A stretch of DNA of 47,920 nt from Ferruginibacter sp. GTDB lineage: Bacteria > Bacteroidota > Bacteroidia > Chitinophagales > Chitinophagaceae. Position 1 is the stretch's first letter. Each line of letters begins with the position of its first letter. Location of the stretch: contig JBDSXS010000087.1 in NCBI GenBank assembly GCA_039926045.1, positions 1 to 47,920 of the forward strand. The letters are read 5' to 3'. A model generated the notes under the pieces. It did no database searches, had not been told where the DNA came from, and was given only the letters and a program-made list of their open reading frames with translations. Positions 1-8,485 of this stretch are shown piece after piece. Made by a program: the position numbers and the translations under genes.

Positions 1-2
1 TT

Positions 3-101
3 TTTGATCTTGATTTCAGCAGCCTGGCCAGGGGATTGTATTTTATTGAAGTGAGGTTGAAAGCCAATAATGCGAAGAAAGTAATTAAATTATTAAATTA
101 G
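3..101 (+). CDS. 3' end of a T9SS type A sorting domain-containing protein (partial)
   Basis: The frame from nt 3 reads FDLDFSSLARGLYFIEVRLKANNAKKVIKLLN*, matching the CTD pattern 'D.S.L..G.Y.....K(L/I)'. Stop TAG at 99-101. Confidence 0.8.
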   Translation, partial: FDLDFSSLARGLYFIEVRLKANNAKKVIKLLN

Positions 102-111
102 GAGGAGAAAA

Positions 112-238
112 GATACTGGATGCTGGAGATTCTTGATACTGGATGCTGGATAAGAATATTCTGGTCATCCTTACTTTGTAAATTAGAAGCTGTTACCAAC
201 TATTGAGATGTTTCATCCAGTATCTAGTATCCAGTATC
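112..238. repeat. Inverted heptamer-repeat hairpin between convergent genes
   Basis: GATACTG/GATGCTG units at 112-152 and complementary CAGTATC/TAGTATC units at 214-238. Confidence 0.8.
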
Positions 239-1265
239 ACTCCAACATCAGTTTCCCGATCCTCCCTCCACCACCCGAAAAATAAACGGCCTTCCCTTTC
301 TTTGCCTTTCGTACAGCATGAAAACTGTCTTTGTTTATCCATGACCAGGTTTGCCCTTCATCGGTACTGTAATCAACACCATTCAGTCCGCAGCTAATCC
401 AGGTTTTTTTATTAAGGTATTCAACACAGCTGCGGTAACCATGTGGGCCACCAACGGGTTCTGTAAAAGTTTCGCCTCCATCCAATGTGATCACACAATT
501 TTTTACAGTATCATCTTTAGCCGTAAAATCTCCCCCAACAATGATCATACATTTTGTATTCTTTACAGCAATAGAATTGGATCCCGTACTTGTTTTTCCC
601 TGCAGTATCGGCAGATCAATTTTTTTATCCCGCATAAATAAATGGGCACGCAAACCGCCACTTACAAAAACAGCTTCCTGCTTATTCAGTTTACGCACAT
701 TGGTTCCGCTGCTGGCAAAAAATGCTTCGCCTTTATCGGCTGTAGGAATATTTGCTGCAGGAATGCCACGCCCCGCAGGGGTCTGCGACCAGTTTTCGCC
801 GCCATCAAAAGTTCTTGCTATAAAGATCTTATCGCCGACAGGATCGCCAATAACAATTCCGTTTTGCTCATTCCAGAATTCCATCGCATCTAAAAACATG
901 CCCTTCGTGGTATCTTCAAAAACAACTTTCCAGCTTTGTCCGCCATTGGTTGTCTTTAAAATATAAGCCGGGTCTGCAATACCCATGATGATGGCTGTAC
1001 TTGAATCAAATGCTTCTATATCCCTGAAATCGGCTTTTTCAAAACCCTTTACCGTCGTCCATGTCCAGGTATCACCAGCATCAACCGACCTGCCCACCGA
1101 ACCTGCAGTGCCGCTTACCCAAATAATTTTATCGCTAACAACACTTAACCCCCTTAAGGATGCTTTACTGCCGGAGTTGAACAGTTTAACGGTTTGTGCA
1201 GTTGTTGCCAGATAAAAAAGACAAATGAAAAGTATTGCCGGTATTTTAAAAATAATTTTATTCAT
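237..1265 (-). CDS. Exported BNR/Asp-box (Ycf48-like) beta-propeller protein
   Basis: Signal peptide; repeated S/T-x-D-G-G-x-T/S-W Asp-boxes (SVDAGDTW, TTNGGQSW, TFDGGENW, STDEGQTW). Confidence 0.85.
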   Translation of the reverse strand: MNKIIFKIPAILFICLFYLATTAQTVKLFNSGSKASLRGLSVVSDKIIWVSGTAGSVGRSVDAGDTWTWTTVKGFEKADFRDIEAFDSSTAIIMGIADPAYILKTTNGGQSWKVVFEDTTKGMFLDAMEFWNEQNGIVIGDPVGDKIFIARTFDGGENWSQTPAGRGIPAANIPTADKGEAFFASSGTNVRKLNKQEAVFVSGGLRAHLFMRDKKIDLPILQGKTSTGSNSIAVKNTKCMIIVGGDFTAKDDTVKNCVITLDGGETFTEPVGGPHGYRSCVEYLNKKTWISCGLNGVDYSTDEGQTWSWINKDSFHAVRKAKKGKAVYFSGGGGRIGKLMLE

Positions 1266-1283
1266 TTTGTTGAATTTAGAAAT

Positions 1284-1344
1284 TAACCTCAGATAACCTC
1301 AGATTTTTTTACAGATGGCCACAGATCCGTGGCCATCTGTGGTT
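1284..1344. repeat. 10-bp-period direct/inverted repeat hairpin
   Basis: AACCTCAGAT x2, then ACAGATGGCCAC...GTGGCCATCTGT inverted pair. Confidence 0.7.
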
Positions 1345-1351
1345 AGGATTT

Positions 1352-2083
1352 TTAAAGAACATCATGCCCTCCCTTGCTCATCGTATCAATATTTACAAAA
1401 TGGGCTTTTGATATTTCCTGTTTCCTGCGGATCAGTTTTAAAGAAAGTCTTACAGCAACAATAAATGAGATCACAGCTCCTCCAAAGAATAGCAAACTGG
1501 TCAATTCATTTTCTTTAGGGAGGAATAAAAGGAAATCGAATGTGCCGTGAAAAAGCACCGGCCAGAAAATGGCTTGCCGCATATGTTTCTTCCTGTTGGC
1601 CGGATCAAATTTTGCAAGCCCCACATGATAGCCCATAAGCACAGCAAAAGTGCCATGTGCTGGTACAGATAAGAACATCCGCAATAAACCCGTACCTATG
1701 CCGTGCTGCATCACATACCCAATATTCTCCAGCGTGGCAAAACCCATACCCACCATCACCGCATAAATAATTCCGTCAAACGGGTCATCAAAAGCTTTAC
1801 GCTTGTATGGAATATAACGCAGTGCTAAAAACTTACTGTACTCTTCACTCAATGCCACGATCAAATAAGCAAATACGGCGGTATACAGGATCCCTTCTCC
1901 CATTAACCGCTCTACGGGTTTGGTTAACAATACCTGTATGACCACTGCCGGAATAATGGTCAGCATGCCCATAAAAAAACTTAATATCAATAAGCCTAAA
2001 GGTTCCCTGTTGTATTTGTCTTTAAGATAAATAAAAAGGCAGATAGCAATTCCGGGGGCGATGGCAAGGGCTAATAATACCAT
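1352..2083 (-). CDS. prsW: PrsW family intramembrane metalloprotease
   Basis: Multi-TM protein with motifs EExxK (SEEYSK), GFATLEN, AHGTF and FHGTFD. Confidence 0.9.
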   Translation of the reverse strand: MVLLALAIAPGIAICLFIYLKDKYNREPLGLLILSFFMGMLTIIPAVVIQVLLTKPVERLMGEGILYTAVFAYLIVALSEEYSKFLALRYIPYKRKAFDDPFDGIIYAVMVGMGFATLENIGYVMQHGIGTGLLRMFLSVPAHGTFAVLMGYHVGLAKFDPANRKKHMRQAIFWPVLFHGTFDFLLFLPKENELTSLLFFGGAVISFIVAVRLSLKLIRRKQEISKAHFVNIDTMSKGGHDVL

Positions 2084-2258
2084 ATTTAAAAGAGGTTTTT
2101 GTATTACTTTTGACCAAGTTACTACTTCGCTATTGGATAGTAAATTTTTTCAGCATTATTTGCGAAATTTATAAGTTGCATGTAAACTGCGTATCTTTTA
2201 AGCTTCGTAGTACAAGTATATTTTTTTAACGATTGCCCAAACTAATAGAACATTTTAG

Positions 2259-3749
2259 ATGAGTTATAACTATTTACCCCTGGATAAAAATCCCACCGAT
2301 TTTCAGCAGATCAGGAATTTACTGGCTCACGATCAACTGGTTTCCATAACTTTCGACGCACACGAACGCATTACCAAATGCCGCAAATACCTGGATGAAA
2401 AGATCGGTAATTCAGATGGCCTTTTTTATGGTATCAACACCGGCTTTGGCTTTTTACAAAACGTACAAATTGATAAGGCACAATTGCAGGAACTGCAGCG
2501 CAACCTCATTAAATCTCATGCCTGTGGTATGGGAGAGGAAGTACCAAAAGATATTGTGAAACTGATGATCGCTTTTAAAATTAAATCACTCAGCTATGGC
2601 CACACCGGTGTGCACACAGATACCGTTGAAAGACTCATGGATATGTATAATAATGATGTACTGCCTGTTATTTACACACAGGGTTCTTTGGGTGCTTCGG
2701 GCGATCTTGCGCCGTTAAGCCATTTAAGTTTACCATTACTGGGTTTGGGAGAAGTATATCATCAAGGAAAAAAAATGCCTGCTGCCGATGCACTAAAAAA
2801 ATTCGACTGGAAACCCATTGAATTAAAAAGCAAGGAAGGGCTTGCTTTGATAAACGGTACGCAATTCATGACGGCTTATGGTTTATACAATCTCGTTCAG
2901 GCTGACCGCTTGATGAAATGGGCCAATATCATTGCTGCCATCAGTTTTGATGCCTTTGATTGTACCCCGGAACCGCTGCATGAAAGTATTCATGCCATAC
3001 GTTCACATAGCGGGCAGGTAGAGACCGCCGCAACCATGCGCCGCTTATTAAGCGGAAGCGAAATTACTGCAACAAAAAAATCACAGGTACAGGATCCGTA
3101 TTCTTTCCGCTGCATACCACAGGTGCATGGCGCTACCAAAGACAGTTTTGATCATATTCTCAGCGTTTTCATTAGAGAAATAAATTCGGTGACAGATAAC
3201 CCCAATATTTTTCCTGATGAAGACCTGATCTTAAGCGGCGGAAATTTTCATGGTCAACCCCTGGCAGTCAATCTGGATTTTTTAGCCATTGTAATAAGTG
3301 AACTGGGCAGCATTTCTGAAAGAAGGACCTACCAGCTCATCAGCGGACAAAGAGGGTTGCCGCTATTCCTGGTAAAAAATCCCGGGTTAAATTCCGGGCT
3401 GATGATACCACAATACACGGCCGCAGGAATAGTGAGTGAGAACAAACAGCTTTGTACACCAGCATCTGTTGATACCATACCCAGCAGCAATAACCAGGAA
3501 GACCATGTGAGCATGGGCGCCAATGCAGCCACCAAATGTAAAAGGGTAGTGGACAATGTAGAAAAAGTATTGGCCATCGAATTATTAACGGCTGTACAGG
3601 CATTGGAATTTCGCAGGCCATTAAAAACATCGCCACAGCTTGAAGAAATTGTAACTGCCTTCCGCAAAGAAGTAAGTTTTAATGAAGCGGACAGGATTTT
3701 GCATGATGATATGATGAAAGCAGTGGACTTTATTAAAAAAGAAATATAA
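2259..3749 (+). CDS. hutH: Histidine ammonia-lyase
   Basis: YGINTGFG, GSLGASGDLAPLSH (ASG MIO motif), KEGLALING, QDPYSFRC, NQEDHVSMG; adjacent to hutU. Confidence 0.97.
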   Translation: MSYNYLPLDKNPTDFQQIRNLLAHDQLVSITFDAHERITKCRKYLDEKIGNSDGLFYGINTGFGFLQNVQIDKAQLQELQRNLIKSHACGMGEEVPKDIVKLMIAFKIKSLSYGHTGVHTDTVERLMDMYNNDVLPVIYTQGSLGASGDLAPLSHLSLPLLGLGEVYHQGKKMPAADALKKFDWKPIELKSKEGLALINGTQFMTAYGLYNLVQADRLMKWANIIAAISFDAFDCTPEPLHESIHAIRSHSGQVETAATMRRLLSGSEITATKKSQVQDPYSFRCIPQVHGATKDSFDHILSVFIREINSVTDNPNIFPDEDLILSGGNFHGQPLAVNLDFLAIVISELGSISERRTYQLISGQRGLPLFLVKNPGLNSGLMIPQYTAAGIVSENKQLCTPASVDTIPSSNNQEDHVSMGANAATKCKRVVDNVEKVLAIELLTAVQALEFRRPLKTSPQLEEIVTAFRKEVSFNEADRILHDDMMKAVDFIKKEI

Positions 3750-3803
3750 CCGCAGAGACGGGGAGGCGCTGAGGATTTCTCCGCGCCTTTGCGTCTCCGC
3801 GGT
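3749..3803. repeat. GC-rich inverted repeat between hutH and hutU
   Basis: ACCGCAGAGACGGGAGGCGC...GCGCCTTTGCGTCTCCGCGGT. Confidence 0.75.
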
Positions 3804-3821
3804 AAAAAAAATATAACATTT

Positions 3822-5627
3822 ATGTCAACAGTTACAACAAGAAAATACGACCCCATAAAATACAAAACCCCAACCGGCAACCAAATTACCTGCAAAGGAT
3901 GGATCCAGGAAGCCGCCTTGCGTATGCTTTTAAACAACCTTGATCCCGAAGTGGCAGAACGCCCCGATGACCTGATCGTTTATGGCGGCAGGGGAAAAGC
4001 AGCCAGGAATTTTGAGGCTCTTGATAATATCATCAAAGCTTTAAAGGTTTTGGAGAATGATGAATCACTGTTGATCCAAAGCGGCAAACCCGTAGGCATA
4101 CTGCAAACACATAAGGATGCACCCAGGGTATTGATCAGCAATAGCCAGCTCGTTCCCAACTGGGCCAACTGGAAACACTTTGACGAGCTGGAAAAAAAGG
4201 GCTTGATGATGTACGGACAGATGACCGCCGGTAGCTGGATATACATTGGTAGCCAGGGTATTGTACAGGGCACTTATGAAACTTATGCAGCAGTTGCAAA
4301 CACACATTTTAGCCCCCCCGCCCCCCAAGGGGGGAAGCAGGAAATACCTCAATTACAAGAAGGATCTACAAATAATCAAACTCCTGGGGGGGCTTCTTTA
4401 AAACATACACTCAATGTAACCGCCGGGCTTGGTGGCATGGGTGGTGCTCAACCTTTAGCTATAACCATGAATGAAGGTGTTGCTTTAATTGCTGAAGTGG
4501 AAGAATGGCGCATTGACAAACGCATTGAAACAAAATACCTCGACGAGAAATTTACAGACATTGATGAAGCCATTGACAAAGCACTAAGCTACAAGCAACA
4601 AGGGGTAGCCAAAAGTATTGGGGTATTGTGTAATGCGGTTAACCTTTTACAAAGATTGCTTGAAAGAAATATTATTCCTGATACATTAACCGATCAAACA
4701 TCGGCGCATGATCCATTGGTTGGTTATGTACCACATGATATGAGCAATGAACATGCAAACATACTTCGTGAAGGAAATCCTGAAGAATATATTGCACGCA
4801 GTTACGAAAGCATGTACCTGCATGTGCAACTGATGATTCAATTAAGAGATAAAGGCTCAATCACTTTTGATTATGGTAACAACATAAGGGCCAGAGCAGT
4901 GGAGCAGCATGAAAAAATAAACGCCACTAAACCAGAAGGCTCTAAAGTTCCTCCTTTAGGGGGCGGAGGGGGTCTCTTCCCCGGCTTTGTCCCCGCATAC
5001 GTACGTCCTCTTTTCTGTGAAGGCAAGGGTCCGTTCCGCTGGGCAGCACTCAGCGGCGATCCGGAGGATATTGCCGTAACAGACCAGGTGATGATGGAAC
5101 TATTTGCCGATAATAAAAGCCTGATGCGCTGGTTCAAACTGGCGCAGGAAAAAATTGCATTCCAGGGACTGCCTGCCAGGATTTGCTGGATAGGACAGGG
5201 CGACAGGGAAAAAGCCGGCCTGGCTTTTAATGAACTGGTACGCACAGGAAAAGTAAAAGCACCAATCGTGATTGGCCGCGATCATTTGGATACCGGTTCA
5301 GTGGCCAGTCCTAACCGTGAGACCGAAGCCATGCTCGATGGAAGTGATGCTGTTGCCGACTGGCCTGTATTAAATGCATTGGTAAATACGGCAGGCGGCG
5401 CAAGCTGGGTTTCTTTGCATCATGGCGGTGGTGTAGGTATGGGATATAGTATTCATGCAGGTATGGTTATCGTTGCTGATGGAACGCCTGAAGCAGCAGC
5501 AAGGCTTAGCCGTGTATTGCGTAATGATCCGGGAATGGGCATAATACGCCACGCTGATGCAGGATATGATGTAGCAAAAGATTTTGCAAGAAAATTCAAG
5601 CTCGATATTGCTGAGCGGCTGAAGTAA
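3822..5627 (+). CDS. hutU: Urocanate hydratase, with two in-frame repeat-derived inserts
   Basis: [50 protein letters not shown] 3822 is preferred over TTG 3789, which lies inside the upstream hairpin. Confidence 0.97.
   Translation: MSTVTTRKYDPIKYKTPTGNQITCKGWIQEAALRMLLNNLDPEVAERPDDLIVYGGRGKAARNFEALDNIIKALKVLENDESLLIQSGKPVGILQTHKDAPRVLISNSQLVPNWANWKHFDELEKKGLMMYGQMTAGSWIYIGSQGIVQGTYETYAAVANTHFSPPAPQGGKQEIPQLQEGSTNNQTPGGASLKHTLNVTAGLGGMGGAQPLAITMNEGVALIAEVEEWRIDKRIETKYLDEKFTDIDEAIDKALSYKQQGVAKSIGVLCNAVNLLQRLLERNIIPDTLTDQTSAHDPLVGYVPHDMSNEHANILREGNPEEYIARSYESMYLHVQLMIQLRDKGSITFDYGNNIRARAVEQHEKINATKPEGSKVPPLGGGGGLFPGFVPAYVRPLFCEGKGPFRWAALSGDPEDIAVTDQVMMELFADNKSLMRWFKLAQEKIAFQGLPARICWIGQGDREKAGLAFNELVRTGKVKAPIVIGRDHLDTGSVASPNRETEAMLDGSDAVADWPVLNALVNTAGGASWVSLHHGGGVGMGYSIHAGMVIVADGTPEAAARLSRVLRNDPGMGIIRHADAGYDVAKDFARKFKLDIAERLK
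4311..4394. repeat. 84-bp palindromic element in frame within hutU
   Basis: Ends AGCCCCCCC / GGGGGGGCT form a perfect 9-bp inverted repeat; exactly 28 codons (SPPAPQGG...TPGGA). Confidence 0.8.
4948..4974. repeat. Right-arm copy of the same palindromic element, in frame within hutU
   Basis: TTCCTCCTTTAGGGGGCGGAGGGGGT matches the reverse complement of 4311-4336 at 21 of 26 positions; encodes VPPLGGGG. Confidence 0.75.
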
Positions 5628-5628
5628 A

Positions 5629-5658
5629 GCCGTGGCGTGGTCTCCGACCAGCCATGAA
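5629..5658 (+). repeat. REP-like element copy 1 (GGCGTGGTCTCCGACCAGCC family)
   Basis: Hairpin TGGTC-TCC-GACCA; copies recur at 5818, 7661, 7713 (inverted) and 9038. Confidence 0.85.
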
Positions 5659-5682
5659 AAGAATAAGTCTCCGGTGTTTTTT

Positions 5683-5778
5683 CCGTGCTTCTATGCCTCT
5701 GTGGCAAACCAAAATTCCCGCAGCGAATTAATTTGCCTGCGGCAAATAAGACTGCCACAGAGGCACAGAAGCACAGAA
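5683..5778. repeat. 9-bp-period inverted repeat hairpin
   Basis: GTGCTTCTATGCCTCTGTGGCA...TGCCACAGAGGCACAGAAGCAC, with inner CCGCAG...CTGCGG. Confidence 0.8.
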
Positions 5779-5817
5779 CTGCCATTATTTTTCCATGTAG
5801 CAAACAAATAAATTTAA

Positions 5818-5847
5818 CGCAGTGGCTGGTCTCCGACCAGCAATGAA
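5818..5847 (+). repeat. REP-like element copy 2
   Basis: CGCAGTGGCTGGTCTCCGACCAGCAATGAA. Confidence 0.8.
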
Positions 5848-5880
5848 GAACAATCTCCTTAATTTTAAAGTCTCCTCCAC

Positions 5881-5978
5881 TTGAACATAGAAAATTGAGC
5901 GTTGAATATTGAATATTCATTCAGATATTTAAAACCGAAAAAATGCTCAATAATCAATATTCAATGTTCAATACTCAT
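5881..5978. repeat. Inverted heptamer-repeat hairpin
   Basis: TTGAA(T/C)A units followed by complementary T(A/G)TTCAA units. Confidence 0.75.
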
Positions 5979-6056
5979 TTACACGTTCCTTATTAGGCTG
6001 TACGTTTGTTATTCCCGCCACATTAGCTTATTTTGTTAATCCAAAACTTTTAGCAC

Positions 6057-7616
6057 ATGAACAAACAACTTTCCTCCCTCATTCTTTTTTTCTTTGTCAT
6101 AAACCTTGCAGCCGCACAGGAAACTGTGGATATGGCCATGATGCAAAAAATAAGAACCGAAGCCAATACCAATTCGCAGGTGGCTATGATCGCCCATAAT
6201 CTCACGGATGTTTGCGGTCCACGCCTCACCAACTCACCGGGCTACAATCGTGCTCTGGACTGGGTTACGCAAATATGTAAAGAATGGGGATTACAAAATG
6301 CCGGCCGTGAAGCCTGGGGCCAGTTTGGAAGAGGATGGCAAAATGAGAGCGGTACACTGGCCATGAAAATGCCTTACTACCAGGATATCACTGCCTATCC
6401 TGTACCCTGGTGCAAGAGTACCAGAAAAGCTGTTAAGACGGAACTGGTCATGCTGGACTACCTTGATTCAGCTTCCATTGATAAAGCAGGAGCTTCTTTA
6501 AAAGGAAAGATCGTGATGATAAAGCCCGGCAGCTTAGGCATACCTGATGCCTTTAAAGCCTATGCAACAAGATATGGTGATACCAGTCTTGAAAATATTG
6601 GCCCAAAATATATGGTTGACCGCAAAATGATGGAAAGCTTTTTACCTTTTGTAAAAAAAGATTACTACACCAGGTTATACCTCGAAAAAATGGGTGCAAC
6701 TGCTTTGGTGATCAGTGGCCGAAACAACAGGGACGGTACCGTATTTGTTGATGGTGGCACCGGTTATGCAAAAGGCTATGAAGCCACTTTACCCGAATTA
6801 AAGATAGGCAGGGAAGATTATTTAAAACTGATGAGGCTTATCAAGGATAATAAGAAAGTAGAAATGGAAATAAATGTGCAGAATAGTTTTTATGATAATG
6901 ATCTTACCGGCTATAACGTGGTAGCCGAAATACCCGGCACTGATCCCACACTTAAAAGCCAGGTAGTTATGCTGGGCGGACACCTCGATAGCTGGGCAGG
7001 CGGCACGGGCGCTACCGATAATGCGGCAGGATGCATTGCAACGCTTGAAGCCATGCGCATTTTAAAGGCGCTCAACATACAGCCACGCCGTACCATACGC
7101 ATTGCCTTATGGGGTGGGGAAGAGCAGGGCCTCTATGGCAGCTTTGGTTATGTAAAAAAACATTTTGGCGATCCCATCAACATGCAGTTATTGCCCGAAC
7201 AGCAAACCATATCAGCCTATTTTAATTTAGATAATGGCAGCGGAAAAATAAGAGGAATTTTTGCACAGGAGAATACAGCCGTACGTGATATTTTTAAAAG
7301 CTGGCTTTCACCATTTGCCGATATGGGTGCCACCGGCGGCGTTACCCTCAGCAATACCGGCAGTACCGATCATATCAGTTTTGATGCGGTGGGCATACCC
7401 GCCTTCCAGTTCATACAGGACCCACTGGAGTACGAGACCCGTACCCACCACAGCAATATGGATACCTACGATCACCTGAGCATTGCCGACCTGCAGCAGG
7501 CCGCAGTAATCATTGCCGCATTTGTGTACAACACAGCCATGCGTAATGATATGCTGCCACGCAAGCCTTTGCCAAAAGCAGAGCGGTTTGTGTTTGATTT
7601 TGATTTTCCGATATAG
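6057..7616 (+). CDS. Exported M28 family metallopeptidase (carboxypeptidase Q-like, PA insert)
   Basis: Signal peptide; GPRLTNSPG, GGHLDSW, GATDNAAG, GEEQGL, NLDNG, TDH, HHSNMD. Confidence 0.92.
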   Translation: MNKQLSSLILFFFVINLAAAQETVDMAMMQKIRTEANTNSQVAMIAHNLTDVCGPRLTNSPGYNRALDWVTQICKEWGLQNAGREAWGQFGRGWQNESGTLAMKMPYYQDITAYPVPWCKSTRKAVKTELVMLDYLDSASIDKAGASLKGKIVMIKPGSLGIPDAFKAYATRYGDTSLENIGPKYMVDRKMMESFLPFVKKDYYTRLYLEKMGATALVISGRNNRDGTVFVDGGTGYAKGYEATLPELKIGREDYLKLMRLIKDNKKVEMEINVQNSFYDNDLTGYNVVAEIPGTDPTLKSQVVMLGGHLDSWAGGTGATDNAAGCIATLEAMRILKALNIQPRRTIRIALWGGEEQGLYGSFGYVKKHFGDPINMQLLPEQQTISAYFNLDNGSGKIRGIFAQENTAVRDIFKSWLSPFADMGATGGVTLSNTGSTDHISFDAVGIPAFQFIQDPLEYETRTHHSNMDTYDHLSIADLQQAAVIIAAFVYNTAMRNDMLPRKPLPKAERFVFDFDFPI

Positions 7617-7618
7617 GG

Positions 7619-7643
7619 TTGAGGTCCCGACCGGATTCGAACC
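7619..7643 (-). other. 3' fragment of a tRNA (tRNA-Cys-like), possible att site remnant
   Basis: Minus strand GGTTCGAATCCGGTCGGGACCTCAA = T-loop, 3' T-stem, acceptor strand and U discriminator. The 5' part of the tRNA is absent. Confidence 0.65.
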
Positions 7644-7660
7644 ATGTGCATCAAACTGAA

Positions 7661-7740
7661 CGCCCTGGCGTGGTCTCCGACCAGCCGGAACCATTAGCAT
7701 ATTCCTATTTGCATGGCTGGTCATAGACCACGCCACGGCG
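7661..7740. repeat. Inverted pair of REP-like elements (REPIN/BIME-like)
   Basis: CGCCCTGGCGTGGTCTCCGACCAGCC...GGCTGGTCATAGACCACGCCACGGCG. Confidence 0.85.
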
Positions 7741-7895
7741 CTCACGGAGTTAAAAGCTGGCTTACGTATAGCCTGGAACACCAACCGAGGCAGAAGGTTG
7801 GTAGATAATTCAGAATTATTTTTTTATTAAAAAATATCACCAGCTATTGCATTATTTAAGATAAAAAATTAATTTACATTATAAAAAAATAATCT

Positions 7896-8213
7896 ATGGC
7901 ATTTTCTTCACAAAGAGCATCGGCTTTAATTGACAAATCAAGGTTAGAATATCAATGCAATCATGTAGTAAATGAAGTCATATACGGAAATAAAAATGTA
8001 GGTGGAAATGCAATGGGATATTTACTGTATGGCGTTAAAGTGGGGAAGCCATCTGCAGGTGTTGTAGTAGTTGGAAAAGATGGAGTTCATGTTGGTGTAT
8101 TTATTAACGATACAGAGTTTATTCATTCGAGTTCTAGTAAATACAAGGTTATTAAAGCCCCATTGTCTCAATTACCTTACGTTTTTCCAAGAGGTTATGA
8201 ACTAAGGAAATAA
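7896..8213 (+). CDS. Minimal NlpC/P60-like cysteine hydrolase
   Basis: Cys (YQCNH) plus HVGVFINDTEFIHSSS, resembling the NlpC/P60 'HVGIY.G...FIHASS' motif. No signal peptide; AT-rich codons. Confidence 0.65.
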   Translation: MAFSSQRASALIDKSRLEYQCNHVVNEVIYGNKNVGGNAMGYLLYGVKVGKPSAGVVVVGKDGVHVGVFINDTEFIHSSSSKYKVIKAPLSQLPYVFPRGYELRK

Positions 8214-8221
8214 TAAAGCGA

Positions 8222-8437
8222 ACACACAACATTACATTTACGCAATTAAGGTTTGGCAGCTTAATCCTCAACATAACTCAACATTCACCATTGGTTCTTG
8301 CCCACTGGTAGCATTGTGTGGCCTTTTTCGTCGTAGGTAGCTACACTGCCGTCTGGGCTTCGACCAACGACGTATCAGATATGTATTTGAAAACAAATCT
8401 GTACCAGGAGTTGTGTATATTTATGAGTTGACAGCAA
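8222..8437 (+). mobile_element. Long attC-like recombination site (complete copy)
   Basis: AAC-8nt-TACGCAA ... TTGTGTA-9nt-GTT inverted architecture directly after a stop codon. Its right ~85 bp is repeated at 11224-11308. Confidence 0.55.
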
Positions 8438-8485
8438 GCAATACATTCAACTCAATAAATTGATTTTAACCAATAACTTTTATTT

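Noticed and set aside
2113-2215. Structured leader or riboswitch upstream of hutH
   Set aside because: Only a weak ACTAC...GTAGT inverted match is present, with no recognisable aptamer, terminator or His-rich leader peptide.
3789-3821. N-terminal extensions in the ORF track (hutU 3789, kaiB 17955, Gfo 23310, GreA-like 29891, M14 43200)
   Set aside because: They overlap hairpins or upstream genes. Downstream ATGs with A-rich leaders match the expected family starts.
4311-4394. Intein, intron or frameshift site in hutU
   Set aside because: The insert is too short, has no Cys/Ser...His-Asn splicing motifs, and the reading frame is intact across the G/C runs.
5453-5920. 155-aa minus-strand ORF, and the similar 7308-7784 ORF
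   Set aside because: They are composed of intergenic repeats and the antisense of real genes, with no protein-like features.
7600-7700. Complete tRNA gene
   Set aside because: Only the T-loop and acceptor 3' strand are present; no D-arm or anticodon arm can be folded upstream.
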